This document shows positions 1 to 9,867 of a DNA stretch of 64,000 nucleotides, in pieces; positions within the stretch are counted from its first letter, which is position 1; each line of letters starts with the position of its first letter. This DNA comes from an uncultured Gemmatimonadaceae bacterium. Lineage in GTDB: Bacteria > Gemmatimonadota > Gemmatimonadetes > Gemmatimonadales > Gemmatimonadaceae. The stretch is from the NCBI GenBank assembly GCA_963740355.1, contig CAVUDW010000002.1, positions 1,728,001-1,792,000 of the forward strand, written 5' to 3'. Below the pieces are notes generated by a model. The model searched no databases, was not told where the DNA came from, and saw only the letters and a program-made list of their open reading frames with translations. The translations under genes were made by a program, and so were the position numbers.

Positions 1-939
1 CGAGCTGACCGACTGCTCGCTGTGGGTGAATCGAATGGCCTTCGACAGCAACTCGCCCACCGACAGCACGTTCAGCTGATGGGGACGACGGGACTCGGGA
101 ATGGCGACCGAGTCGGTCACCGTCACTTCCTTGATCGGCGCATCGTCGAAGCGCTGCTTGGCAGGGCCACTCAACAATGCGTGGGTCGCGCACACGTAGA
201 TGTCAGCTGCACCGAGCGCCTTCAGCGCGCGGGCGGCTTCCGTCATCGTGCCGGCCGTGTCGATCATGTCATCGGCGATGAGGCAATCACGCCCCTCCAC
301 ATCACCGACCACGTTCACCACTTCGGCCACATTCGCTCGTGGGCGCCGCTTGTCGACGATCGCGAGCGATGCGTCGAGCCGCTTGGCAAAACCACGAGCC
401 ATCTTGGCAGCACCAACATCCGGCGCCACCACCACGAGGTCCTTCAACTCCTTCTTTCGGTAGTGCGCCGTGAGGACCGGCGCCGCGTACAGATGGTCCA
501 CCGGCACATCGAAGAAGCCTTGCAACTGATGCTGATGGAAATCGAGGCCGAGGACGCGATCCGCGCCCGCTGCCTGGATCATGTTCGCCATCAACTTGGC
601 TGCGATGGCCACACGCGGCTGGTCCTTGCGGTCCTGTCGCGCATAGCCGAAGTACGGCAACACACAGGTGATGCGATGCGCACTGGCGCGGCGTGCCGCG
701 TCGATGAGCAACAGCATCTCGAGAATGTTGTCTGCCGGTGGATTCGTCGACTGGATGATGAAGAGATCCGACCCGCGGATATTCTCATCGATCCGGACGA
801 AGATCTCACCGTCGCTGAAGCGGGTCGCCGTGGTCTTGGCGAGTTCGACGCCAAGATGGCGAGCGACCTCGTCGGCCAGCGCCTGATTGGCGGTCCCGGA
901 AATGATCTTGGCGCCAGGCGCCAGCGGCAGTGTGTCCAT
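1..939 (-). CDS. prs: Ribose-phosphate pyrophosphokinase (3' end runs off the window)
   Basis: Not in the ORF track. Manual minus-strand translation from ATG 939 gives MDTLPLAPGAKIISGTANQALA..RFSDGEIFVRIDENIRG..PYFGYARQDRK..SEQSVSS. Matches the classic ispE-tRNA-Gln-prs synteny. Confidence 0.95.
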   Translation of the reverse strand, partial: MDTLPLAPGAKIISGTANQALADEVARHLGVELAKTTATRFSDGEIFVRIDENIRGSDLFIIQSTNPPADNILEMLLLIDAARRASAHRITCVLPYFGYARQDRKDQPRVAIAAKLMANMIQAAGADRVLGLDFHQHQLQGFFDVPVDHLYAAPVLTAHYRKKELKDLVVVAPDVGAAKMARGFAKRLDASLAIVDKRRPRANVAEVVNVVGDVEGRDCLIADDMIDTAGTMTEAARALKALGAADIYVCATHALLSGPAKQRFDDAPIKEVTVTDSVAIPESRRPHQLNVLSVGELLSKAIRFTHSEQSVSS

Positions 940-950
940 ATGGCAGAGCC

Positions 951-2351
951 TCAGAAGCTACCGGTAGAGGGGCGGTCGTTCAAGTCCGCAGACGGGTCCG
1001 GCGGCAATTGCCCGGCTCCGCGGTCGGCCCTCTCGACGAGAACGGCCACCAGTCCGGCGGCCGCGCTGGTTATCAGGATGTCGGTCACGTCGGGATATCG
1101 GCCGGGCACGAGAAACTGTCCCGCCTCGAGAATCGCGGCGTAGAGCACGGCAGTTCGAACCCCTGGCCAGGGCTCGCCCATCCGCGTCCGGGCCGCCAGG
1201 CAAGCGCCAAGCGCCGCACCAAGCCCGGCCTTTTCCAACACAATGAATACGCTCGAGAGGTCCTGGCGCTGAAACAGGGACATCATCGGCACCAGCTGCC
1301 GCCACCCGAAGGGGGCCGCGCCGCCCTTGGGGATGGCCCACGACGCCGGACTCCAGGCCATCAGCGCACCGATGCCGGCGACCAGAACGCCCAACTGCGT
1401 GGCGCGGGTGCTGCGCGCCGTGACCGCGGTTCTCCATGGACGAAGGCCGATCAGGCCGAGCACGAGGCCAAGCACCGCCGACGCTCCCTGCAGCTGCCAG
1501 GTGATGACTTCCCGCTGGAGGCCTGCCATGTCGCGGGCGGCGTGGATCCCCACCAGTAGCGCCGGCACGATGAGGAGCCAGGCCAGCAGTTGATTGCGCC
1601 GCACCCGACCGGTGCGGTCACTGATCGCGATCGTCAGCACGAGGCCGACGAGAAGCCAGATCGCGGCATCGGTCACCAGCGCGGGCCATGGGACGACGAT
1701 GGCCGGCGCACTCATCACCTGCCGCGCGCGCTCGATGGGCGAGGGCGACCACCCGATCGCCATCGTGGCGCGACTCGACGGCGCGAAGGCGAGCCCGAGG
1801 GCCGTCATCAGGAGGGCGCTGCCCGGCAGCCAGCCCGGAATTCCGATCATCGTGCCGCGCCGCATGTCCAGCGTCGCGCGACGTTCCACGAGCCAGAGTG
1901 TGCAGGCGCCGATCAGTGAGCCAAGCGTATTCGTGGCGACATCGGCGATGCTGGCCATGCGGTACTGGCTGAACACCTGTGCCGATTCGACGGTGATGCT
2001 GGCCGCCATGCCCCACAGCGTGGCAATGACGACGTCGCGTCGCGTGGTTGGCGCCGGCGAGGTGAGCACCCAGGTGGCGCCCCAGCCGAGGAAGAGCGCG
2101 ACGTTGCGCGCCGCATCCACGACGTCGCGAAAGCTGAGCGAGGGATCGAGGGCGCGCCGCAGGCGGAACACCGCGTTCACCAGCGAAGTGTCGAAGCCCA
2201 GGTGCAACAGCGTCGCGATGCCGATGCAGAGCAGGTACGCAATACGCAACGTGGTTGCGTACCGCAGCGCGACGGCCGAGAGGTCGATGCCCTTGCGCGG
2301 TGCCCGCTGTGCGGGCGTGTCGGTCGTGCGCCGGATGTCGCGCTCGGTCAA
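951..2351 (-). CDS. Multi-pass membrane protein with two VanZ-like modules
   Basis: NVALF..ESAQVFSQYRMASIADVATNTLG and EAGQFLVPGRYPDVTDILIT resemble VanZ signatures; many hydrophobic helices. Confidence 0.7.
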   Translation of the reverse strand: MTERDIRRTTDTPAQRAPRKGIDLSAVALRYATTLRIAYLLCIGIATLLHLGFDTSLVNAVFRLRRALDPSLSFRDVVDAARNVALFLGWGATWVLTSPAPTTRRDVVIATLWGMAASITVESAQVFSQYRMASIADVATNTLGSLIGACTLWLVERRATLDMRRGTMIGIPGWLPGSALLMTALGLAFAPSSRATMAIGWSPSPIERARQVMSAPAIVVPWPALVTDAAIWLLVGLVLTIAISDRTGRVRRNQLLAWLLIVPALLVGIHAARDMAGLQREVITWQLQGASAVLGLVLGLIGLRPWRTAVTARSTRATQLGVLVAGIGALMAWSPASWAIPKGGAAPFGWRQLVPMMSLFQRQDLSSVFIVLEKAGLGAALGACLAARTRMGEPWPGVRTAVLYAAILEAGQFLVPGRYPDVTDILITSAAAGLVAVLVERADRGAGQLPPDPSADLNDRPSTGSF

Positions 2352-2370
2352 GTGTGATGCAGTTGCGGAG

Positions 2371-2441
2371 TTCCCCGACGTGGATTCGAACCACGATTCA
2401 CGGCTCCAAAGGCCGCTGTCCTGCCATTAGACGATCGGGGA
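2371..2441 (-). tRNA. tRNA-Gln (anticodon TTG)
   Basis: TCCCCGA acceptor stem, GCGGC-CTTTGGA-GCCGT anticodon arm, GGTTCGAATCC T-loop; CCA not encoded. Confidence 0.95.
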
Positions 2442-2453
2442 ATGTACCGAAGG

Positions 2454-3398
2454 CTAACGGGGGCCCGATGGCGTGGACAAGATTGTGACGGGAGGAACTG
2501 TCTCCAGCGTGACCGCGAGATCCAGTTTCACGCTGCCATCCGCAGGCCAGTGACGTGCCGCTTCATGGAACTCGTCGGCGTGCATGTTGGTGATTGCGAA
2601 GACCGTGGCCCCCGACCCGGACATGCGCACCAGCGAGTTCGGGGCGACGGCCGACATCGCGGCGTGTACCGCCGCGATGTCAGGACGCATGGCGAACACC
2701 GGCACCTCGAAGTCGTTTCGTGCGTGGCGCTGGAAGTCGGCCCATGAGCCCAGCATGTGGAGATCCCGCAAACCACTGCCGAGCGGCGGAATGCGTCCGT
2801 CAGCACGGGCGGCGGCCAGTTCTCGGTAGGCCATGGCGGTATTCACACCATCACGAAACGATGCGTAGCGAACAAAGCGCTGTGGCAGCGCCTCGAGGGC
2901 AAGGAGTCGCTCGCCGCGACCCCACGCCAGCGCACGCACACACTCGGTGGTGAGAAACGGCACATCGGCACCCAATGTCGCGGCCACGGTGAGCAGCGCA
3001 TCGGTTGTCAGCGGGGTCGGGTTGAGTGCGTTCAGCGCGCGCAACACCGCGCCGGCGTCGGCACTGCCGCCCCCCAGTCCGGCGCCGGTGGGAATCCGCT
3101 TGGTGAGTGTGATGACGATCGCACGATCAACCTTCGGCCAGGAGGCGGCGTGACGGTACATCGCTGCCGCGCGCCAGGCGAGGTTCTGCTCTTCCGGAAC
3201 GCCGAGATCCTTGTCACACGTCAGCGTGATCCCGCCACCCGACGTGATGCGAAGATCGATGTGGTCGGAGAGTGCGATGCGCTGGAACACCGTCTCCAGC
3301 TGGTGATACCCGTTCTCTTCGCGCGCGATGATCCGGAGGTCGAGATTGATCTTGGCCCACGCCGACACCTGCGCGATGAGCACCGGACGTTCAGGCAT
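2454..3398 (-). CDS. ispE: 4-diphosphocytidyl-2-C-methyl-D-erythritol kinase
   Basis: AKINLDL, GYHQLETVFQ, KRIPTGAGLGGGSADA, LGADVPF and MSGSG motifs. Confidence 0.95.
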   Translation of the reverse strand: MPERPVLIAQVSAWAKINLDLRIIAREENGYHQLETVFQRIALSDHIDLRITSGGGITLTCDKDLGVPEEQNLAWRAAAMYRHAASWPKVDRAIVITLTKRIPTGAGLGGGSADAGAVLRALNALNPTPLTTDALLTVAATLGADVPFLTTECVRALAWGRGERLLALEALPQRFVRYASFRDGVNTAMAYRELAAARADGRIPPLGSGLRDLHMLGSWADFQRHARNDFEVPVFAMRPDIAAVHAAMSAVAPNSLVRMSGSGATVFAITNMHADEFHEAARHWPADGSVKLDLAVTLETVPPVTILSTPSGPR

Positions 3399-4422
3399 CG
3401 GCGGCGGCGGGCTGCTGTGCGGTGGCGCGCAATTCGCGGAGCGACAACCCGAGGCGCGAGAAGTAGAACGCGCCGAGCGCCGTCACCGGAATGAACGAGA
3501 GCAGGTGGAATCCGACGGCCCAGGTGACGGCCAGCGTCACCGGCACGCCGTAGATCTGCAAGCCGGTCTTCGCGAAGGCCTCGAACACACCGAAGAACCC
3601 TGGCGACGATGGAATCGCGACACCGATCGCGATCAAACCCTGGAGGAACAACGCGGCCGTGAACGGCGCAGTAATTCCGACGGCGCGAAAGGCGATCCAG
3701 AAGGCCAGGGCGTTGGTCAGCCAATGCAGGACCGTCCAGAACACCACACGCGCGAATCGCGAAGGACTCCGAAGCACGGCGAATCCTGCGGTGACGTGTT
3801 CCGCGATACCGACCACGCGTGATTCCCACTTCGGTACAATCGCACGGCAGACAGCGCTGGCGAAGGCGATCATCATCGCAGGCCGGAATGCCACCATCAC
3901 GGCACCGAGGAAGACCACCAGCAGTGCCGCGATGCCCCACGTGCCCACGAGGGCAGTCGCGGGCCGGCCGGCGATGGTGGCACCAGCGGGAAATCCCGGT
4001 GCAAGCATGGCACCGAACATCAACGCAAACACGATCAGGGCGTCGAAGACGCGATCGAGCGCGATCGAGGCCAGCGCGCTGGTGAATGACACCTCTCGTG
4101 TTTCACGCGAAACGGCATACGCTCGCGCCAGTTCACCGGCGCGCGCGGGCAGCACGTTGTTGATCATCATGCCGATCGCCACCGCGCGCCACGCATCCAT
4201 GAAGCGCAGCTTGGGCGCGATCGGCTCGAGCAGCACCACCCACCGCACGGCGCGCAGGGGAAAGATCGCGGTCGCCACCACGGCGGCCAGCAGCAGCAGG
4301 CCCACGTTCGCCTGGCGCAGCTGGTCCATCAGCACGGCGGGTTGCACGTCGCGCAGCGTCCAGCCCAGCAACAGCAGCGTGAGGACGGCACCGATCAATG
4401 TCTGCCAGCGTGCGCGGGTCAT
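3391..4422 (-). CDS. Lysylphosphatidylglycerol synthase TM-region (UPF0104, flippase-like) membrane protein
   Basis: LRAVRW, NNVLPARAGE, DRVFD and PSSPGFFGVFE motifs; multiple TM helices. Confidence 0.85.
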   Translation of the reverse strand: MTRARWQTLIGAVLTLLLLGWTLRDVQPAVLMDQLRQANVGLLLLAAVVATAIFPLRAVRWVVLLEPIAPKLRFMDAWRAVAIGMMINNVLPARAGELARAYAVSRETREVSFTSALASIALDRVFDALIVFALMFGAMLAPGFPAGATIAGRPATALVGTWGIAALLVVFLGAVMVAFRPAMMIAFASAVCRAIVPKWESRVVGIAEHVTAGFAVLRSPSRFARVVFWTVLHWLTNALAFWIAFRAVGITAPFTAALFLQGLIAIGVAIPSSPGFFGVFEAFAKTGLQIYGVPVTLAVTWAVGFHLLSFIPVTALGAFYFSRLGLSLRELRATAQQPAAADA

Positions 4423-4435
4423 GCGCGAAGACCGT

Positions 4436-5893
4436 TCAGGTCGCGCTCCCTGCGAGTTCGACGAGGTCGAACAGCTCGCCGATCAGCGCCGCATCGTGCA
4501 CATCGCCGGCACTGCGCAGTTGGCCGACGATGTGCCGCGCGCGCGACAACGCTCGCGGTCCGCGATAGAGCAGGGTGTCGATCGGCACCACATCGGGCTC
4601 GCCATCGGGCGAGGTGGATGCGGTTGCCTTGCCTTCGGGAATCACGATCAGGTCGAGCGGCGTGGCGTCCAGCTCGCGCACCTTTTCGAGGCTGTTGCGG
4701 AGCAGGGAGCTGAGCTCACGCCCACTCGGTGCCGGCGGCGTGGGACGTGCGACCGTCGGCGTGGGAATGATCGATGCCACCAACGGCGTGTTGCGGCGCG
4801 GCGTGAACGAGCCGCTGGGACGCGACACACTTTCCGATTGCGCGGTGCTGCTGAGTGGCGTCGACGCAAACACCACGCGTCGCAGCTCGGCGAGGCGCTG
4901 CGCGCGGAGGTGCGGCGCGAGGTCGGGCTGCAGGATGACCGTGAGGGCGGTATCCAGCGCGCCAGCGGCGGCGGCCGGCAACGGGGCCTGTGCCGTCAGG
5001 ACCGCGTCACAGAATGCCCGGATGTCCTCGTGCTGGTAGCTGGCGGCGGTATCGCGCAACGACATCAGTACAGGACGGAAAGCGGCCACCATGTCGGCAC
5101 TCGCCTCCTGCATTGCGCCCTGACGCAATGGTGCGAGCCGTGCCCTCAGCGAGCCGATCAGCGGCGACACATCAGCGGTGAACCGCTGGGCGAAGGTGAT
5201 GGCAGGATTGGGCGCGCGGTACACCACGGCGTCGAGGTCGTTGCTCGGCGCGAGTGACGCGATGGGGACGATGGGCATTGTTGCGTCGGACATGGCGGTC
5301 ATTCCACGAACCGGACTGACCGCCGTAGCGGACTCGACTGAGCGCATCGCCACCGGCGTCGGTGGCACGGGCGAACTCATTGGAGTGGGGAGTGCGGGCG
5401 CATTGGCGCGGTGATCGATCGAATCAAAAAACGCCGTCACCGCTGGATTCGGCTCAGCGACGATTGCGGGCGATGGCGCCGGTGTGCCGGCACCGCTCTG
5501 CATCAGTTCGCCGTGCTTCTCCACGGCGTCGAGCACCGAGGCCAGCTTGCCGCCGGCCGTTCGCGCCCGTTCGTCGTGGTGTTCGCCCCAGAGGCGCGCC
5601 ATCGGGATCAGCGCGCGCAACTCGTTGACGGAGTCCGAGATCGAAAGGCCGAGCCCGGCAGTCCAGGCGATCCGGCCCTCATTGAGGAGGCGCGCCGCGC
5701 GTTCGAGGCCCGAGGCCGCGTCGGCGAACGTACCGAGCCGGGCCATGACGGCGCTGCCCCGAAGCCCCCGCGCCAGCTTCAGCAGCGTGGCGGAGTCCGG
5801 GCCCTGCGGGTCGTCGCTGGCCACCAGACGCTGGAGCCGGTCGACGTAGTCGCTGGCTTCGAGCACGAAAAAATCGAGCAGGCCGACAGACAT
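4436..5893 (-). CDS. Protein with N-terminal HPt/CheA-P1-like domain lacking the phosphoacceptor His
   Basis: FFVLEASDYVDRL...LARGLRGSAVMARL..ASGLE aligns by eye to HPt F..EA.E...AHSxKG.A; Pro-rich linkers follow. Confidence 0.6.
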   Translation of the reverse strand: MSVGLLDFFVLEASDYVDRLQRLVASDDPQGPDSATLLKLARGLRGSAVMARLGTFADAASGLERAARLLNEGRIAWTAGLGLSISDSVNELRALIPMARLWGEHHDERARTAGGKLASVLDAVEKHGELMQSGAGTPAPSPAIVAEPNPAVTAFFDSIDHRANAPALPTPMSSPVPPTPVAMRSVESATAVSPVRGMTAMSDATMPIVPIASLAPSNDLDAVVYRAPNPAITFAQRFTADVSPLIGSLRARLAPLRQGAMQEASADMVAAFRPVLMSLRDTAASYQHEDIRAFCDAVLTAQAPLPAAAAGALDTALTVILQPDLAPHLRAQRLAELRRVVFASTPLSSTAQSESVSRPSGSFTPRRNTPLVASIIPTPTVARPTPPAPSGRELSSLLRNSLEKVRELDATPLDLIVIPEGKATASTSPDGEPDVVPIDTLLYRGPRALSRARHIVGQLRSAGDVHDAALIGELFDLVELAGSAT

Positions 5894-6045
5894 GGGCGCG
5901 GGAAAGGGTGGCTGGCGATCGAGGCTCGACGACCTGCGCGTCGTACAAGCTACATGACGTGGGAGGCTCGCTCCATTGCTACGCTCGTGAGCCGCACCTC
6001 TCGAGCGTCAGCGGTCGCCGCCCACGTGGTGTGAGCCAAGTGTCG

Positions 6046-6819
6046 TCAGTATGTCTGGCGGGCCGCATTCATCACCGCCCGCAACTCGTGGATTGCCCCC
6101 GCGATGCCGATCAGCACACTGCGGCCGATGAGTGAATGGCCGATGTTCAGCTCCTCGATCGCTTCGATGGCGGCCACCGGCGCCACGTTGCTCACGGAAA
6201 GGCCGTGGCCGGCATGCACGAACAGCCCGACCCGCACGCCTTCGTCGGCCGCTGCTGCCAGCGCGCGGAGAGGAGCAGGGTCGCCCGGATGGTGCGCATA
6301 CTGGCCCGTGTGCAGCTCGATCGCCGCGGCCCCCAGCTCCCTCGACGCCCGAACGACGTCCAGATCAGGATCGATGAAGAGGGCGGTTCGTATCCCCGCG
6401 ACATTCAGCGCGTCCAGTGTACGACGCAGTGCGACGGGGTCGCGCCGGACATCGAGGCCGCCCTCCGTGGTGACCTCGGCTCGCCGTTCGGGGACGATCG
6501 TCACCTGCTGGGGGCGAAGGCGCAGGGCGATGGCCAACATCTCGTCGGTGCACGCCATCTCGAGATTGAGGTAGGAACGGACCGTGCGGGACAGGGTCTC
6601 CACATCAGCATCCTGGATGTGCCGCCGATCTTCTCGCAGATGGACCGTGATACCGTCGGCTCCAGCGTCTTCGCACCACCGGGCGGCTTCGACGGGATCG
6701 GGTGTCGTCCCGCGCCTCGCCTGCCGCAGGGTGGCAACGTGGTCGATGTTTACATAGAGCCGCTGATACCGGGCGGTGCGTGGTGGGGTCCCGTGACCCG
6801 GATTACCTTCGCTCGACAT
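6046..6819 (-). CDS. pdxJ: Pyridoxine 5'-phosphate synthase
   Basis: VNIDHVATLRQAR, ITVHLREDRRHIQ, TTEGGLD, IELHTG, AGHGL and ELNIGHS motifs. Confidence 0.97.
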   Translation of the reverse strand: MSSEGNPGHGTPPRTARYQRLYVNIDHVATLRQARRGTTPDPVEAARWCEDAGADGITVHLREDRRHIQDADVETLSRTVRSYLNLEMACTDEMLAIALRLRPQQVTIVPERRAEVTTEGGLDVRRDPVALRRTLDALNVAGIRTALFIDPDLDVVRASRELGAAAIELHTGQYAHHPGDPAPLRALAAAADEGVRVGLFVHAGHGLSVSNVAPVAAIEAIEELNIGHSLIGRSVLIGIAGAIHELRAVMNAARQTY

Positions 6820-6850
6820 GTCTAATCGGACTCATGGAGTGGAAAACGTG

Positions 6851-7306
6851 ATGCGACGGACCGTAGTGGCGTTCCTGCTGGTGCTCGGTGCTTGCAAATC
6901 AGGCGGTTCCAGTGCCCCTGTCGGCGTTGCCGGCGCCGTCGGCCCCAAGCAGGCGGCCGAGCAGTTCCTGGCGTCGATCCGAGCCGAGGATGTGCAGGCG
7001 ACCTCGATCATCTGGGGCAGCTCGAAGGGGCCCGCCCGTGAGCTGATCACGGACCGCGGCGTCCTCGAAAAGCGGATCCTGGTCATGCAATGCAACCTGA
7101 ATCACGACAGCTACCGCATCCTCGGCGATGTGCCGGGTGAGGGAATGAAGCGAAACCTGAAGATCGAACTGCGCCGCGGTGGGTTGACCGCCCAGACGAC
7201 GATGGTCGCGACGCCAGGCCCGAAGCAGCGCTGGTTCATCGAGAACACCGACCTGGCGCCGATGCGTGGCTTCTGCTCCAACCAGCCGCAGGAACAGCGG
7301 CGCTGA
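6851..7306 (+). CDS. Hypothetical lipoprotein
   Basis: MRRTVVAFLLVLGAC signal peptide with lipobox; plausible codon usage. Confidence 0.7.
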   Translation: MRRTVVAFLLVLGACKSGGSSAPVGVAGAVGPKQAAEQFLASIRAEDVQATSIIWGSSKGPARELITDRGVLEKRILVMQCNLNHDSYRILGDVPGEGMKRNLKIELRRGGLTAQTTMVATPGPKQRWFIENTDLAPMRGFCSNQPQEQRR

Positions 7307-7352
7307 GGAGCGGTCCAGTACGGTCGGCCCGCCGGTCGGACGGAACTCTACG

Positions 7353-7763
7353 CTAGTATTCGGATAGTTCTACAAGGACGCCCGCAGTACTTGCCGGGTG
7401 CAGGAAGGCGATCCGCTTGCCTTCTGCGCCCAGCCGAGGAGTTTCATCGATGACCCGTACGCCCAACGCCTTGCAGCGGGCCAGCGTGCCGTCGATGTCG
7501 TCAACGTTGAAGCAGATGTGGTGAATGCCGGGGCCCCGCTTGGCGATGAACTTGCCGACCGGGGTATCAGGATGACGGGCTTCGAGCAGTTCGATCAATG
7601 ATTCCCCGGCCGCGAGGCCGGCGATGCGCGCACCATCGGCGTCATCGAGGGGCACCTCGGGCATCCCGAGGATGTCGCGGTAGAATGGAAGAATTTGGTC
7701 GAGTGCGGTGACGGCGAGACCAATGTGGGCGATGCGGGTGCCGCGTGGTGCGGTATCTGTCAT
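7353..7763 (-). CDS. mce: Methylmalonyl-CoA epimerase (VOC fold)
   Basis: HIGLAV, IELLE, RGPGIHHICF and IAFLHPASTAGVLVEL motifs. Confidence 0.9.
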   Translation of the reverse strand: MTDTAPRGTRIAHIGLAVTALDQILPFYRDILGMPEVPLDDADGARIAGLAAGESLIELLEARHPDTPVGKFIAKRGPGIHHICFNVDDIDGTLARCKALGVRVIDETPRLGAEGKRIAFLHPASTAGVLVELSEY

Positions 7764-7822
7764 GATGGGAAGAACTCTAGCGGGGCGGACGTGAAATCGG
7801 CCGCCCACGACAGGTGAGAGAC

Positions 7823-8146
7823 ATGGCGAACGTGACTGCCGTCACTGACGGCGATTTTCAGAACGAAGTGCTGGATCACAAGGGACTGGCCGTCGTTGAT
7901 TTCTGGGCGACGTGGTGTGGCCCGTGCCGCATGGTGGCGCCGATCCTCGATCAGCTGGCCACGGAGTATGCGGGCAAGGTGAAGATCACCAAGCTCGATG
8001 TCGATGCCAACCAGAAGACTGCTGCGAGTTTCAACGTCCGCTCCATTCCGACGTTGTTGTTCGTGAAGGATGGCAAGGTGGTGGAGCAGGTGGTTGGTGC
8101 GCTGCCGAAGGCGCAGCTGCAGACCTACTTCGAGAAGCACGTCTGA
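7823..8146 (+). CDS. trxA: Thioredoxin
   Basis: VDFWATWCGPCRM active site; SIPTL. Confidence 0.97.
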   Translation: MANVTAVTDGDFQNEVLDHKGLAVVDFWATWCGPCRMVAPILDQLATEYAGKVKITKLDVDANQKTAASFNVRSIPTLLFVKDGKVVEQVVGALPKAQLQTYFEKHV

Positions 8147-8190
8147 ACTGATGGAATCCCCGCGCCGGCCCGTCCGGTGCGTTGACTGTT

Positions 8191-8220
8191 GAAGGGGTGC
8201 ACGAAGGTGTGCACCCCTTC
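8191..8220 (+). terminator. Hairpin downstream of trxA
   Basis: Perfect 12-bp stem GAAGGGGTGCAC-N6-GTGCACCCCTTC; weak U-tract. Confidence 0.6.
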
Positions 8221-8316
8221 GTCGTTGCTGGCACTTGGATTTTCGGAGCCGCACTTGGTGCTGGAGTCGATTTTCCGGTGTCGCTCGTGGCGGGCTTCGC
8301 GCATCTTCCGGATACC

Positions 8317-9138
8317 ATGTCAGGCACGCTCTATATCGTTTCGACCCCGATCGGGAATCGGGCTGACCTCTCGCCGCGCGCGATCGAGACGCTGCGTCGC
8401 GTGTCGCTGATCGTGGCCGAGGACACGCGTCACAGCGCACCGCTGCTGGCGTGGGCGGGGATCAGCACCTCCGTGCGCAGCTACCATGCGCACAACGAAG
8501 CCGAACAGGCGCCGCGGCTGGTGGCGCGCTTGCTGGAAGGGAGCGACATCGCCCTCATCAGCGATGCCGGCACGCCCCTGGTGTCGGACCCCGGCGCGCG
8601 CCTGGTGGATGCGGCGGTGGCGGCCGGGATCACGGTCACCCCGATCCCTGGCGCCTCCGCGATTCTGGCGGCACTGGTCGGCAGCGGGCTGTCGGCGACA
8701 GCATTCACCTTCCTCGGGTTCCTGCCCCGGCCTGCCATGGATCGGGCGGCTGCGGCGCGGATGGCCCTTGCACTACCCCATACCGTGATCCTGTACGAGG
8801 CACCGCCGAGGGTTGGCGAACTGTTCGAAACGCTGGTCACGGCGGGTGGGGGAGAGCGGCGGGCGGTGGTGGCGCGCGAGCTCACCAAGCTCCACGAGGA
8901 GTTCCGGCGCGGAACGGTGGCGGAACTCGCTGCGTACTACGGGGCAACGGCCCCGCGAGGGGAGGTTGTCGTATTAATCGATGGGGCGCCGGCGTCGGTG
9001 CCCGATCATGAAGCGGCAGCGCGGCGCGCCGAAGCGCTGCGTGCCGAGGGCACATCGGTCCGCGACACGGTCCGTCACCTGCAAGAGGAGTTCGGCGTGG
9101 CGCGAAACGAGGCCTATCGATTGGCGCAGGGCACCTGA
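8317..9138 (+). CDS. rsmI: 16S rRNA (cytidine1402-2'-O)-methyltransferase
   Basis: LYIVSTPIGN, AEDTR, ISDAGTPLVSDPG and RELTKLHEE motifs. Confidence 0.95.
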   Translation: MSGTLYIVSTPIGNRADLSPRAIETLRRVSLIVAEDTRHSAPLLAWAGISTSVRSYHAHNEAEQAPRLVARLLEGSDIALISDAGTPLVSDPGARLVDAAVAAGITVTPIPGASAILAALVGSGLSATAFTFLGFLPRPAMDRAAAARMALALPHTVILYEAPPRVGELFETLVTAGGGERRAVVARELTKLHEEFRRGTVAELAAYYGATAPRGEVVVLIDGAPASVPDHEAAARRAEALRAEGTSVRDTVRHLQEEFGVARNEAYRLAQGT

Positions 9139-9860
9139 TGGCGCTGCGTCCCTGGATGATTGCAGGCGGCTTGGCGGCATCGCTGGCCGTCGCAGGCGTG
9201 ACGGCGCCGCATCTGCGCGCCGACAGCGCGCCGCATGTCGCGCCGGCGGCTTCGCGTGTGATGATCGGTCGCGTCCACTACAACGGTGGCGGCGATTGGT
9301 ACGCGAACCCGTCGAGCCTGAAGAACCTGATTCGCGCCGTCGCCGAGCGGACCTCGCTGCCGATCGATCGCGAGGAACACGCCGTCACGTTCCGAGACCC
9401 GCAACTGTTCGACTACCAGTTCCTGCATCTCACCGGGCACGGCACGATCACGATGGAGCCGGACGAGATCGCCCGCACGCGCGCCTACCTGCTGCGCGGC
9501 GGATTTCTGCACGTGGATGACAACTATGGCCTCGACAGCAGCTTCCGCATCGTCGTGAAGCAGCTCTTTCCAGACCGTCCGCTGGTGGACGTGCCGCTCA
9601 ATCATCCGATCTACCGATTGGTGTATCCCTTCCCCAAGGGTGTACCGAAGATCCATGAACACGATGCGAAGCCGGCGCGTGGCATGGGCATCTTCATCGG
9701 CGACCGACTCGCGTTGTACTACACGTATCAGTCGGACCTTGGCAACGGCTGGGAAGATGTCGGCACGTATCCCACCGATCCGCCGGAATTGCATGAGCAG
9801 GCGTTGCGCATGGGTGTGAATCTCATCACGTACGCGGTCACCAGCCGGTTGCAGCCATGA
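9138..9860 (+). CDS. DUF4159-family exported protein
   Basis: Signal peptide; GGGDWYANPSSL, YLLRGGFLHVDDNYG, DLGNGWED and ALRMGVN; TGATG coupling to rsmI. Confidence 0.8.
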   Translation: MALRPWMIAGGLAASLAVAGVTAPHLRADSAPHVAPAASRVMIGRVHYNGGGDWYANPSSLKNLIRAVAERTSLPIDREEHAVTFRDPQLFDYQFLHLTGHGTITMEPDEIARTRAYLLRGGFLHVDDNYGLDSSFRIVVKQLFPDRPLVDVPLNHPIYRLVYPFPKGVPKIHEHDAKPARGMGIFIGDRLALYYTYQSDLGNGWEDVGTYPTDPPELHEQALRMGVNLITYAVTSRLQP

Positions 9861-9867
9861 TGTCAGC

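Noticed and set aside
22..1143. 373-aa plus-strand ORF
   Set aside because: Antisense shadow of prs; no recognisable motifs.
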